This document shows, piece after piece, positions 18,364 through 30,400 of a stretch of 64,000 nt of DNA. The number at the start of each line of letters is the position of its first letter. Positions within the stretch are counted from its first letter, which is position 1. Where the stretch lies: IMG/VR virus record IMGVR_UViG_3300050121_000298, positions 615-64,614 of that record; one strand, given 5' to 3'. The notes beneath the pieces are model-generated. The model was not told the origin of the DNA and made no database searches. It was given only the letters and a program-made list of their open reading frames with translations. Made by a program: the position numbers and the translations under genes. Source of the stretch: a virus. Lineage: Duplodnaviria; Caudoviricetes.

Positions 18364-18675
18364 TTATTTGTTTATTTGTGTCTCGACTTTGGCTATGGCT
18401 ACGTTACATACGTTGACTTCTTTAGAGATCACGTCTAGTTTGTCAAAAAGTTTATCAAAGAGTTTAGTTTGTGCATCTGTCAATTTAGCCTGCGTTTCAG
18501 CATGATCCGTTTTGTATTCTTTGAATCGTAATTCATTGGCTATTATGGTGGCATTTGCTGCGATCAGGTTCGCTTCCAACACATTAACCTTACTATTGAT
18601 CTTTACCCAACCTGTAATAAGCAATGTTATATTACCGGTGAATAACCCTGACAATATCATGCTGAGTGGTTCCAT
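18364..18675 (-). CDS. Membrane-anchored coiled-coil protein of the lysis cluster
   Basis: N-terminal hydrophobic helix plus heptad-like region. Confidence 0.55.
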   Translation of the reverse strand: MEPLSMILSGLFTGNITLLITGWVKINSKVNVLEANLIAANATIIANELRFKEYKTDHAETQAKLTDAQTKLFDKLFDKLDVISKEVNVCNVAIAKVETQINK

Positions 18676-18923
18676 TACTTCTTCCCTCCCTGTGTTCCAA
18701 TCATTTCGGTATTGGCTCTGACCACTTTCATCATCTGAAAGGTATTTTCAGTGTTGATCGAGTCATTACGTTTGAGTACTTCCAGGGTCTTAGAGTTATC
18801 ATTCAGAGTAGTCTTCATATCTGAGATCAGGTTGTATATGCCAAAGATGATAAAGATACCGGTGATGACATATCCAACATAAGAGAGGTAACGGAGACGA
18901 TTAAGCGTCTTGAGTTTGTCCAT
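18675..18923 (-). CDS. Small single-TM protein of the lysis cluster
   Basis: YLSYVGYVITGIFIIFGIYNLI TM helix; 1-bp overlap with the next gene. Confidence 0.55.
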   Translation of the reverse strand: MDKLKTLNRLRYLSYVGYVITGIFIIFGIYNLISDMKTTLNDNSKTLEVLKRNDSINTENTFQMMKVVRANTEMIGTQGGKK

Positions 18924-19135
18924 CTAACAAGAATATAACGGAAGATCTATAAATATAGAACTTTATCCTACTTATAAGATACGTATAATTACTAATGTAA
19001 ACAACTACAAAATGACATAAGACCAGTCTATCAGACTATTTTCAATAATGTCTACAAAAAATAATTCAAAATATCTGTTGTGTCTTGGGTTTTAATTGTA
19101 GACCTTTGTCCTCTTCGCGCATATTTTCTAAGTCC

Positions 19136-19555
19136 ATGAACCTGCACACTACACAACAACTACGATACGACATAATGAGTCGTCCTCTTAAAGTGTTACT
19201 CACTAAACAGGATCTGATTAAAGTGATAGTGGCAGAAGTCGAGACAGAATACGGTTACTCTGTTGATCTCTCAAATCGTAGAAAAGAAAACATACTTCTG
19301 GTACACCTTATCTATTATATAGTACGGTACAAGTTCTCTCAATACAAAATTACCTGTGAAGAATTAAGTCAGGTCTTTAATCGAAGTACATCTAATATCG
19401 TCTTAGCATGTAAGTCTATTCAGAACGCTATTGACACAGAACCTCTCTTTAAAGAAAAAGTCAATAACATCAAACGTCATATTCAGGAGTCCTTGGATAT
19501 GAGAACATCAATTATAAAGACAGAGTTTCTGACATTTCACATACATCTAAACTAA
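19136..19555 (+). CDS. DnaA domain IV-like DNA-binding protein
   Basis: RRKENILLVHLIYY...EELSQVFNRSTSNIVLACKSIQNAIDTEPLFKEKV parallels the DnaA C-terminal HTH (R.....R...MY...IG..F.RDHTTV.HA..KI); start uncertain. Confidence 0.65.
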   Translation: MNLHTTQQLRYDIMSRPLKVLLTKQDLIKVIVAEVETEYGYSVDLSNRRKENILLVHLIYYIVRYKFSQYKITCEELSQVFNRSTSNIVLACKSIQNAIDTEPLFKEKVNNIKRHIQESLDMRTSIIKTEFLTFHIHLN

Positions 19556-19591
19556 TACATCGAGAACTAAAACCTTTAACACCCTCATAAC

Positions 19592-20218
19592 ATGACACAT
19601 CTATTTAATTTCCTTGCCGAGAGAGGGGTCACACCCAACGGTTTATATATTCTACACAGCATACACACCAAGATTGGCTTTTCCGAGTATGTACTACCCT
19701 TAAGAACTGAGACTGACAAACTCTATAATGCAGGGATGATACAACAAAAAGAAAGTGACCCGTTACATCAGAGAGAGTTAACCGAGACAGGCCTGAAACT
19801 TTTACATGATGCCGAGAAGTTCTTCATCAAAGGAAAGGGTAAGTCTACCACTCATCATGACGAATGGACACCTATGATAGAGATGTTCCGAATGACATTT
19901 CCCACGGGAAGTGTAGGAAATACGACCTATAGGACAAATGTGAGGGATTTATACGACAGGTTCGTGTGGTTCTTTGACAATTACAACTATCCCTGGGAAC
20001 TGGTACTGGCTGCGACAAAAGAATATGTCAAGAGCAAAACCGATGTCTACGGGAAACCTAGTTATATGAAGTCTGCCGGTCACTTCATCCGCAAACAGGA
20101 AATCGACAAAACATTAGTCTGTATGCTTGCTGACTACTGCGATAAGATCCTGGAACAAAAACAAAGTAACGGAGAATCAGAAGGTATCTTCAAATTCTTT
20201 CAAGGAGTGGAGTTATAA
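19592..20218 (+). CDS. Winged-HTH-containing phage protein (possible regulator or replication organiser)
   Basis: L..AG.I......ELTETG..LL wHTH-like N-terminus; phage-type C-terminal domain. Confidence 0.55.
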   Translation: MTHLFNFLAERGVTPNGLYILHSIHTKIGFSEYVLPLRTETDKLYNAGMIQQKESDPLHQRELTETGLKLLHDAEKFFIKGKGKSTTHHDEWTPMIEMFRMTFPTGSVGNTTYRTNVRDLYDRFVWFFDNYNYPWELVLAATKEYVKSKTDVYGKPSYMKSAGHFIRKQEIDKTLVCMLADYCDKILEQKQSNGESEGIFKFFQGVEL

Positions 20219-20222
20219 AAAG

Positions 20223-20262
20223 AAAAAACAGCGCAGATGCTTTATGTCTACGCTGTTTTTTT
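20223..20262. terminator. Bidirectional terminator
   Basis: AAAAAACAGCGCAGA...TCTACGCTGTTTTTT between convergent genes. Confidence 0.75.
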
Positions 20263-20287
20263 TACCTATTAGTTTCGAACTACTTCG

Positions 20288-20875
20288 TTACTCTGTGATT
20301 ATTAAGGCACATGCCTTAAAGATATCACGTAAGTTATCGGTGATCTCTTCTTCCACCTCATCCGTCTTGACTACAGCAGCGCTGACAGTCTTGTACCCGG
20401 CTCTGATGTCTTTCAGGGCGATCTTGTGCAGAGTGTATTCTTCTGCAGGTACAGTACATTCTTCATCCAGCCACTTCTGATACGCTTTGATATCATCTTC
20501 ACGTTTCTGAATCTCTTTCTTGAACTTCTCACGAACCTCGGTTCTGACTTTTTTGGCTTCTACAGAGTTAGGATCGAAGTCCATCGTCTCCTGTTCACCA
20601 GCCTTGGTACTTTGTACGTTTGTCTTACCACCTGCCAATAACTTGTAAGCGTCTTTTAAACTCTCTTGATACTTGATGAAACCGTCTTCAAAAGGAATTA
20701 TCTTGTCTGCAACGAAGGCCTCTACATGAGACTTAAGTAGTGTTCTGGTATGGTTGATGGCATAGTTGAGTTTGATACCTTGTGCCTTCTGCACATTTTT
20801 GAGATCATAGTCTAACTGCAAGATCTCTCTACGTGTCAGACGTTCTCTTTTTACTATTACTGCTGGTTTAAGCAT
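20288..20875 (-). CDS. Hypothetical phage protein
   Basis: 195-aa charged helical ORF downstream of the tail fibre gene. Confidence 0.65.
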   Translation of the reverse strand: MLKPAVIVKRERLTRREILQLDYDLKNVQKAQGIKLNYAINHTRTLLKSHVEAFVADKIIPFEDGFIKYQESLKDAYKLLAGGKTNVQSTKAGEQETMDFDPNSVEAKKVRTEVREKFKKEIQKREDDIKAYQKWLDEECTVPAEEYTLHKIALKDIRAGYKTVSAAVVKTDEVEEEITDNLRDIFKACALIITE

Positions 20876-21019
20876 AGATTATAAAAGGTTGGTGTAAATG
20901 TTAGGAGTTTAAATGTTCATCGTATATATAAGGTAGTGAATAGTATTAACATATCCAAATCAAAGTGTAAACTTGTGTTCGGTAACATTACACAAGTTTA
21001 CAGGTTTTGTACCTCATGA

Positions 21020-23710
21020 TTATAATGAATAGTCAAATTGAATAGAAAACGATACCTGATCTCCTGCGGATGTTGATTTATATGTAAAATACATTAGAGC
21101 ATATCCACTTGTTCTTGATACGCTAACAGATGGATTTGGGTTACTGTTATTTATATTTATCAGAGACCCAACCCCTAATAGTACTCCTGTTTGACTAACG
21201 GTTGATACAAATGGCAGGTCAATTGCCAGTGAGGTGTCAGTATTTGCAGATGAAGCAACGACAGTTCCGTCTACTTGACAATGAACAATATTACCCACCC
21301 TTATATACGAGGCACTTTCTATCCAATGTGCAGATGTATTAGCAATATCTATAGCATTTGGAGTATATGATCCGCTTGAAACAACAGGCAGAGTACCTAG
21401 ACTTCCATCTGCCATTAGCGCCTGAGTCGAAGTACCACCTGGTATTTTAAATGAAGTCGCACTTATATTACCATCTACAGTAATATCCCCCATATTAAAG
21501 TTATAAACAAATCTACTAGGTGCATAAAGCCAATCAACGGTAAAACCGTTACTTGCAAGATAAATACCTACTCTAAATATCTTACGATTATCTAAAGCAT
21601 CTCCACCTACAGCATTAAAACCATAAGTAGAAGATGTATCGTTATTAAGTGTGCCAACATCAAGAGAACTTACACCTGGTGCAGCATTAAATGATGTATA
21701 ACCTGTTACTACTCCACCAGTAAGAGGAAGATAACCAGATGCTGTTGCATAATAACTACCGTGTTGACCATCTAATAAGTCAACATTGAGGTTAATTACC
21801 TTAACAGTGCTATTGACTAAAAAGGGAGCGATTAAATATGAATTATCAAATAAAAGACTTTTTACTGTGACGTCCCCTTCAAATTCTGCGGGCCCACTAA
21901 TCCATAGTGAAGCACTTTGAGGTGATACTAATTGATTCTGAATATATGTTCCTGTGTGGACGTGATCGTTTCTACTGACACTCGTTGCCGATCCACTTGT
22001 CCCCAATCCTGTGATAAGGTTAAAAGAGGTTCCAGTAATATTACTGGAGACAGCAAGTGTCCCTGCGATGTTGACAGTAGTTGTATTAAACTTGATAACC
22101 TCGGATGCACCTACCTTGAAGATAAGTTTTCCTTGCGAGATGTCGAAGTTCAGACTCGCCTTATCTCCTAAAGGACCGAAGCCGTAATAAGGAACAGAAG
22201 AATGAGTTGCCATAAATCCTGCACCATAGACTACACCACCGGCATAGATGTTCTTGATAGCACCTATTCCTCCTGCAGTCTTTATAGATCCTTGGTTATA
22301 TAAATCCGACTGAGTAGTATCAGTAATGTATATCGCTGTGGCAGTAGTATTTCCTCTCCCTGTAACTGTAGCCAGAGTATCGGTACTGGCATAAGTAGGA
22401 ATGTTAAGGACATTACCTGATAAGGAAGCCACTCCTGTCCCTACCGTAGTGAGAGAGGTGATCCTGTTAATGTATGCTATATCCCCGAAGTCACCTCTGT
22501 ATGCAGTAGAAGATAATATACCTAACGCAAGACTATCACTGACAATGGCATATACCGTACCACTCCAACGGTATGTTTTATTGGTTGTGGTATCGATATA
22601 AATCTTCCCGGATTCGGGAGAGTAGGCTGCCCCTAAAAGATTATTAAAGGTTGTAGTACTAACCCAAGTACCATCCAGTACGTCATCGACATAAGAAGGT
22701 AACTGTGTGTTTTTTACGAAGCCACTTGCATCAAGTTCAGCTAATCCGTTTACAGCACCCTTTAAACTTATCTCTAGTTTGTTACCCAATGCAGTACCAA
22801 GTCCTATAACATCTGTTATGATATGAGAGTGTATAATAGGTGCATAGATAAGTGAGTGGTCGTGATCTCCGTATGCTGCCAGGTCATGCGTCAAACCGAA
22901 TCCCGGAAAGGACACTTTATTTGTCCATGAAAGAATACTAGCAGAACTGATACCAAAAGCGGGTGAGGCTACAAAGATAGGGTCTGTCTCTTCTGTAAGA
23001 TAACCCGGATCGTTTTCAAACTGACTGAGCAATGTCGGTGTACCGTCTATCTCACTGTAAGTATATTCGGGTTTGGTGACATTTTTAGCCCAGTCATATA
23101 CGTCATTGGCATTACGGGCATCACTGAGTCTACTGTCTATGGTAATTACGTATTCGCTCAGGTCAGGTTCCCATGTATCGGGTCTGTAAGCGAGTGCGGG
23201 GATATCAGAAGCAAGTAGATCACTGACACCAGTGATTAATCCCTTGGAATCGTAGTTAAGTTTGATACCTATTCCCGGATCAATAAGGCCGTTGGCTATT
23301 ACATATTCCGTATCATCAAAAGAGAGATCTTCTCCGTTAACCTTAACAAACCCTATTCCTGACAGGATAACCTGATGTTCTTCTTGAGAGTGATCATAGG
23401 CCGTCTTTCCCCTGTCACCACGGTATGCGGTAGTCTCGGTTTCTCCCAGTATGAGTTTACTGTCGTTGATGGCTTGAATACAAGCCTTTATCTTAGAGAA
23501 AGCGGTGATGACGGTATCTTCTGTTATTACAGGAGAGCATTCCACATCAGATAATCCCTGCAGGGTTCTGTCGAGGACGACGTCGTGATCGATATCAGCG
23601 AGGACACGAAGATTACCCTCAAAGAAATAATATTTTACAAACCCTTCATCTACGGTAGAGGGTTTCTTGGTGAGTAACGGGAGTTGTAATACAGATATAA
23701 GACCAGGCAT
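21020..23710 (-). CDS. Tail fibre/tail spike (receptor-binding) protein
   Basis: G/T/S-rich with fibre motifs TAYRGD.G (x2), ETDPIF, HSHIITDV.GL, LPSYVDDV, NLNVDLLDGQHGSYY, YLPLTGG; C-terminal YIRVGNIVH domain. Confidence 0.8.
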   Translation of the reverse strand: MPGLISVLQLPLLTKKPSTVDEGFVKYYFFEGNLRVLADIDHDVVLDRTLQGLSDVECSPVITEDTVITAFSKIKACIQAINDSKLILGETETTAYRGDRGKTAYDHSQEEHQVILSGIGFVKVNGEDLSFDDTEYVIANGLIDPGIGIKLNYDSKGLITGVSDLLASDIPALAYRPDTWEPDLSEYVITIDSRLSDARNANDVYDWAKNVTKPEYTYSEIDGTPTLLSQFENDPGYLTEETDPIFVASPAFGISSASILSWTNKVSFPGFGLTHDLAAYGDHDHSLIYAPIIHSHIITDVIGLGTALGNKLEISLKGAVNGLAELDASGFVKNTQLPSYVDDVLDGTWVSTTTFNNLLGAAYSPESGKIYIDTTTNKTYRWSGTVYAIVSDSLALGILSSTAYRGDFGDIAYINRITSLTTVGTGVASLSGNVLNIPTYASTDTLATVTGRGNTTATAIYITDTTQSDLYNQGSIKTAGGIGAIKNIYAGGVVYGAGFMATHSSVPYYGFGPLGDKASLNFDISQGKLIFKVGASEVIKFNTTTVNIAGTLAVSSNITGTSFNLITGLGTSGSATSVSRNDHVHTGTYIQNQLVSPQSASLWISGPAEFEGDVTVKSLLFDNSYLIAPFLVNSTVKVINLNVDLLDGQHGSYYATASGYLPLTGGVVTGYTSFNAAPGVSSLDVGTLNNDTSSTYGFNAVGGDALDNRKIFRVGIYLASNGFTVDWLYAPSRFVYNFNMGDITVDGNISATSFKIPGGTSTQALMADGSLGTLPVVSSGSYTPNAIDIANTSAHWIESASYIRVGNIVHCQVDGTVVASSANTDTSLAIDLPFVSTVSQTGVLLGVGSLININNSNPNPSVSVSRTSGYALMYFTYKSTSAGDQVSFSIQFDYSL

Positions 23711-23763
23711 ACGTCTAGGGTGTTAACTATACATTACAATTTAACGAATAATTCCCGTATATC

Positions 23764-24474
23764 CTAAACTTCTCTCTCTCTTAACAGGGTATAGGTAAAT
23801 AAATTACCGGTACTTTGTTTGTAGTACTGACAGATAAGTAGCATCTTAGCCAGATCAGCACCGTACTGATACACCTGACAACCGGCTGACCACTTGTCTA
23901 TGATGTTACTAAAAGGGATATTGCTGTGATGAATGTCTACCCCAAAGTATCCTTCTTCTATCACTCCCTGTTCATCTGCATATTTGTCCAGGTCTTTATC
24001 ACGATAGACTTTTATCTTACCACCCGTCTGTATAAGAGCATAATGTCCCGGCTTGTGATAACCCAACTGATAGGATTTATATTGACCCGGCACCATGACG
24101 GCACATCCCGAAGCATTCATAGGAGACTGAAGATAGAATACTCCGGGAAGAGTAGTGGAGACACTGGTCATGATACGAAGTGTTCCTACTGTCTTATGAT
24201 ACTGATCCAAGGCAAAGAGTGTATTAGGGCCCTTCTGACCATCAACAGAGAGAGGTTTGTTGTCTTTACCTACGTATTGAAAGCTATTCAGTGCCTCTTG
24301 TAAGACCGAGAGGTTATCCTCTGGTAAAACGGGTTGTTTATACACGATGGAGATCGTGTCATTGAACTTATTGGGAACAACACTGGTACTCCTAACACCA
24401 ATTATGTTAGGAGCATTATCATAAAACTGATATCCGTTTTTTATCACGGCATTCTTTAAAGTCTCTGCTGTCAT
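23764..24474 (-). CDS. Putative endolysin (YkuD/L,D-transpeptidase-like fold) with inserted peptidoglycan-binding domain
   Basis: GVDIH...WSAGCQV His/Cys motif; LQEALN...LSVDGQKGPNTLFAL resembles PG_binding_1. Confidence 0.65.
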   Translation of the reverse strand: MTAETLKNAVIKNGYQFYDNAPNIIGVRSTSVVPNKFNDTISIVYKQPVLPEDNLSVLQEALNSFQYVGKDNKPLSVDGQKGPNTLFALDQYHKTVGTLRIMTSVSTTLPGVFYLQSPMNASGCAVMVPGQYKSYQLGYHKPGHYALIQTGGKIKVYRDKDLDKYADEQGVIEEGYFGVDIHHSNIPFSNIIDKWSAGCQVYQYGADLAKMLLICQYYKQSTGNLFTYTLLREREV

Positions 24475-24475
24475 G

Positions 24476-27400
24476 TTATATGTTTTTACTTGCTACGGTT
24501 AGTTTATAACTAGGATGGAAGAAACCGTCTATGTTCTTAAACCCTGTGATGTCATACATGTCTTTATAGAATTTAGGTGTGCCGGCTTCAAAAGAATTTA
24601 CTTTCTTCTGATACACCTCTCTGTTGTATAAGAAGTTAGCAGTAGGGTTGATGTCTGCATCAGGTTCTTGCCAGTCGTAGGCCATCACCAGTCCCATCCC
24701 TACAGCATGTTCTGAAGCATGATATAGTTTAGTGACGTCTGTGACAAGAGAAGACATGTTGGAGAAATTCTTGATATAGTCATCGAAACTCCCGATACCA
24801 GGTATAGGTGTCAAAGAGGTAGTCTCCTGTTGTACACCCCATATCAGTCGTGTAAGATTTCCTTCCATCACACTCATAGGCTGTTCGTCTTTTTTACGTT
24901 GTTTCACCATCCCCAGTAGGAGATACGACAGAGAGACGAAGAGGATATTGGCATAGAAGTCTTTGCTGGCTTGTGCTGCCTTGCGTTGATACATAGGATC
25001 TACTCCTTCGTTGAACTTCTTTGCTGACTTACCAAAACCTCCCAATAGTAAGTTCAAAGCCATCTGTTTCTTACTATAGAACTTGCCTATGTCAAACATT
25101 GCTCTCCAGTATCCCATCGCGGCTTCTTCACCTTCCCAGTTAGGTCTTAGGTTGCCAAAGCGATTCACCATCATAGGTATTAAATATTTACGAAAGAAAT
25201 ACATCATCTTGACGACCATACCACGTTCTTGCATCGTACCGTCTTGCTTCGCAAAGTTCCCTTGTGCCCTACGCATCTCAGAGTATACCTTTCTCTGTAT
25301 GCTTGTCTCATCGTTACGTGAATATTCCACATCTTTCCTGATGAGGAGTCTATTATCTTTACCCATCTCATAGGCATCGAGAGCATTTACATATACCTGA
25401 TTTCCTTTTTCGTCGAGTTGTGGTTTAGTATAACCACCTGTCTCATCTTTATCCATGACCCGATAGTGGTTGGCATCCATGATAGCAAGCCATACCGTCA
25501 TACCTATCTCGGTGTCACCTTTCTCCTGTAGAAGAAACATGAGTTCACTGGCATTGGTCATCTTCTCCAAGGCCCTACGAGTCCTGGAATTGGTGACGCT
25601 ATTGAGATTTTTATGATAGTCACTCTGCATAGGGTTGAATATCCTAAACAGGGTTGTCTCTTTAGAGAGATTTCCTACTTTCCCCCAGTCCGCAATATAT
25701 TTCTGAATAAAACCACCGGCACCATAGAGTTGTTTCTTAGCGAAACGATAGTTAGCACCAGAGTACATAGAACTACTACTAGTAGCAAGATATGCCTGTA
25801 CGTTACCTGAGACAAAGTTCTTAGTCTGTGAGGTGAGGTCAAACCCTAGTCGTCCTACACTGGCCAATTTAAAGAGAGTACCCATGGCCTTTTTCAGCAT
25901 ACGGTTCTCTTTGAGTTCACTCTGTCCTGAGATGAACTTGCTATATTCAAACTTTAAGACATCTTGTACGTCTTTGAGTTCTTTCAGTCTCTTGGCTTGT
26001 TCGGGTCCTTCGTTGACTTTACTCTGCAGTTCGGTCATCATCTGGTTCACCAGGTTGATCATGTGTTTAGTCACAGGTTGTGCCTCAGCCATAGCCTCAT
26101 TGACATATGACTCATATATCCAATGAAATACAGCACCTACACTGTCTCCACCCTGTATATCTTCACCATACTGTTCATTGTTACGTAACCGTATGTGAGA
26201 ACTCCCCATATCACCATATAGGTTGCTTGCCTGATCATATTGACTCTGTACCCTGAGATAAGTGTCTTTAAACTTACCCAGTTCTTTTTTCATACCTTCT
26301 TTAAAACCACCTTCCATGAAGTTCTCTACCATACTCCCCATGATTCCGGGTACCTTGTATCCGTTCTTCTTACCATGGATCACCTGTTGACGATCCAGAT
26401 AGGTCTTGATCATAGAGTTATAGAAATTCTTAGCAGACTCTTCTCGTTGTATCTGTAAATACCTTCTGTTGATAAGATAGTTTCCGTTTTCGTCTTTGTC
26501 GTCTTCATGACCCGGAAGGGTTTCTACATGACCTTTAGCGTTGATGGTGAGATTCTTTGGCATCGGGGTACCGTCAGCGAATTCTTTATAGTCCGGATTA
26601 TGTGCCTCTTGACTAAACTCTCTGGTGTACCATTTATAGTTAGGCACTGTCTCTTTGTGTTCCGCTCTGGCAGGAACCGTGTCATATAAATAGTTTCTGG
26701 CTGTACCCCAGTTCATCAACTTAGTGAGGATAGAGACATATTTGGTTGTGTGATGTCTGTTATACCATACCTCAAACATATTCTGTTCTGTCTGAAAGTT
26801 ACGTTCTGCTGTGATGAAAGCCAGGTCTTCAATCTCCATCGCCTTTGGATCAACAGGATTCACTTTGTCCCTTATCTGTAGGGCCTTGAGTTTTGCTGAG
26901 TGATCTTTGAAGTCTTTTAAGGCGTTTGTCAAAGAGGTGTACTTCTCTCCCATCTCTTGAACATATATCTTATTCAAAACACGAGACTGGAGTCTAAGAA
27001 GTTCAGCACGTAAAGAACCGGCTTTCTTATTTTCTTCACCCGATAACTTTCCACGTACTGCATTCTCTTCGGTACGCAGTTTTACCAGTTCAGCATTGAT
27101 AGTATCAAGTCTGTCGATCTCAGAGTCTAAGATATATCTAGGATCAATACTGCCATCTTCGGTCTTATACGATTTTAAGATGCTTTTCTTCTCGTCCATG
27201 AGTTCCTGATGACGCTGCGAGTTACCATAGATTTCACTTAATGCAGTGAAGATCCTGTTTACCTCATCATGATATGCCTGTGTTGCTTTGGTGACGGTAT
27301 TCCTATCCATCCACTTCTGTAGTTCTTCAGGGTTGTTTACGTGTTCCATCTCCTTCCTCGACTTAGCACGTTCAAAAGCAGAAGTCTTCTCGACAGAGAC

Positions 27401-30400
27401 ATACAGTTTCTCCAGGTTATCCATATATGTCGCATAGTCGGCATTCTGTTCTGCAGCACTCTTACGTAACCGTTGGATATCTACCCTGATCTCAGAGAGA
27501 GCATCAAGATCATCTTCGTCCATTAACTCATCATTGTCCTCACCGAGAGAATGTAATATCCCTTCTCTTTGAAGATAAAGTCCTTCCAGTTCAGCACGGA
27601 CATTATCGGGGATCATCTCCATGTTTTTGTAATAGGCATCTATGAAAGGTAGTGAGGCATGTTCCCGTAGCCACTGAATGTGTTTGGTGACGAAGGCATG
27701 TTTTATCTTGTTCTTATCTACGATGCCTTGTTTCATAGCAGCAGCCTGAGCGATGTCTCCATCGTGAATAGCCTGATAGTATTCTGCCTTTACCTCATTT
27801 ATAGAATCGCGTATAGTCCTTAGTTCTGTCTTGTAACTCTCAAACCTGGCATCAAACTCCGGTGAAGAGGGTTTCACAAAAGAATTATAGTTGACCTTGG
27901 TCTGTACACCTTTGTCATCGGTATAGGTGACAGTACGTACCTCGGTCATAACCTCATTCGCCTGTTCGGTAGTACGTCCTTGTAAAAATTTTCTAAGTAG
28001 AGTCTCCAGATCACTATCCTGCATATCGTTAGTGAAATTGGTATCTGCCTTAAACTGAGAACTCTTTAAGAAACCTACCATAGCACTGATAGCTAGTTCA
28101 CTACTTCCGGCAGATGCCACGAACCCTTTTAGGTTAAGACCCAACATCTCTACCAGTTGCGTTCCCTGTTCGGCACCCATATATAAGACACTGTTAGGAT
28201 TGGTGACACCCAATATGTATTCTTCCAGGGATTTGTCACTCTCATCTATGCGAGAGTCTCTTCGGGCCTTTAGTTTCGCGATCTTCACCTCTTTAAACAA
28301 GATACTGTCACTTAGTCTTTTTGCTTCAGAAGGACCGAGGATTTTAGTAGCCTGTTCTAACACGGCTTTATATCCTTCTCTGTCAAAGATTTTCATCCCC
28401 TTCAGTTTTAATTGATTCATGGCACCGACAGTCTTACCTTCCATCTCGTTCTTGATGTCCCTTTCCAAAGCAGCTATCTGGAGATTTAAAGAACCTGACA
28501 TATCATCCATTGTCTTCTGTATTCCCCCTTTTATGACCGTGCCATCAGCAGTAAGATGTGTCGAGGGAAAAGCCTCACGCACGATTCTGATAGTAGCCTG
28601 TACAGCGAACTTACGATAATCACTCATCATATTGAGTAGTTCGTTGTTTAGATCATCTACCTTCTTGTACACATAAGAGTCTTTGGTGACTGTAGATCCT
28701 GAGTCGGGTTTTATTGCTTCAGCCATCTGTTCTTTCATGAAGTCTATCAGAGTGGTAGCATTAACCATGACCTCTTGAAAGACTAACGTCTGTTTATCTC
28801 GTGTAGGTGAGTTCTCTTTGACCTGATATACCGTCTTCCACAGATTGGTCAATACACCCATCTCTTTATCCATGGACTCCAATACGAGAGAGAGTTTTAC
28901 AGCTGTGGTCATATCCCCTTCAGGGGTATTCACCAGTTTATCATAACTCTCCAGTGTGAGTTTTCGTGTCTCCAACATCTGGAGTTCTTCGGGTGTAGCA
29001 CCTTCATTCTTTCTTGTACTGATCTGTCTGGAGATACCTTCCAAGTCTTTCTTTACAGCCTGTGACAGAAGACCGATAAACTCATCATAGTTATCTTTGT
29101 TCATGTCAAAGGCATAACGTTCAGCATCTTGCTTTATCTTCTCTTTTGCCTTATCGGTGAGAGGCATATATTTCTCAAAGACAGCACGATATTGTTTGTC
29201 TTTCTCTTCTCCGGCAGTCTCATAGGCGTTACTCCTCTGACCATTGGTAGTGTTTAAATATGCATCGTTTTTAGAGTAAAAGTTACCATCAAAAGTAGTG
29301 ACACCATAATCTTGAAATACCGTGTCGGCTTCTATGTCAGCACGATATAGCAAAGCAAGGATTTTCTTAGATGCAATACTCAAACCGTTGGCCGCCAAAA
29401 GATGTTCATAGGCAAGAAGTTGTAAGTTCCATGTATCGAATACACTACGGGTGTTCATGTGGAACTCTTGAAGTGTTCCTTCTGTACTGTTTATAGTAGT
29501 ACCTTCCCTGGATAACTCAGCGTTAATGTTTTTTGCATAGTAAGTTTTCTTCCCATTGACCAGGGTTGAAATCTCTGATTTTATCTTCTTGGTCTTAACA
29601 TCGATGATATGAATCTTTCCGTGACCATCTATAACCATTAAGTCCAGTCTTCCTATGATCATCCTACCACGATCATCCATGTTACTCAAATCTCTATTGG
29701 TCTGTCTGGTCCCGATTGTGTATTCCGGAATGACGATGAAGTCATTAGACATATCACTACCTATGACAGCAAGGAACTTCTGCAATAACTCAAAGTACTT
29801 ATCAGCATCTAAACCGGTGATGGAAAATGCTTTGGTACTAGGGTTTTCAATCTGATATTGCTTCATGAAGTTATCGAAGTACTCTCTTGTGATAATGTCC
29901 GAGTACCTGTCACCTGTCTTATTGGCCAAATCCTGTACACTCTCTACTACGGCATGTATTGCTATTCCAAAGTCTTTGAACATAGAGAAGTCCTTGACAG
30001 AACTAAATTGTGAACTGCCTATCAAAGCCGTTACACTGATAGACTTCTGAGGTGTCTGGCCAGCAGCTTCTAGTTTCGCATTATCGTCGTGAAATTTGAA
30101 TTGCTCTTGTGATCCTTTCTTTAGGATATCCAACGTTGCCAATTGCTCTACGTTTTTCCCTATACGTTTTGTCTCAAAGGCATTATGAATCTGTTTTATC
30201 TCGGCATCTATTTTGGCGATGTCTACTTCTGCACGATCTCTTTTAAAGATAGTACCTCTGGTGGCAAAGAGTTCATCACTGGATACATCAGAGTTAGAGA
30301 GGTTGTATTCTATTTTGTTCGTGATCATGTTGAGAGAGAAGGTGACTCCATGAGTGTTAAGCATCATGGCGATATCACTCATCTTCATAGAGGCCGGCAG

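Noticed and set aside
21020-23710. Diversity-generating retroelement or invertible tail-fibre cassette
   Set aside because: No reverse transcriptase, invertase or template repeat seen in the window
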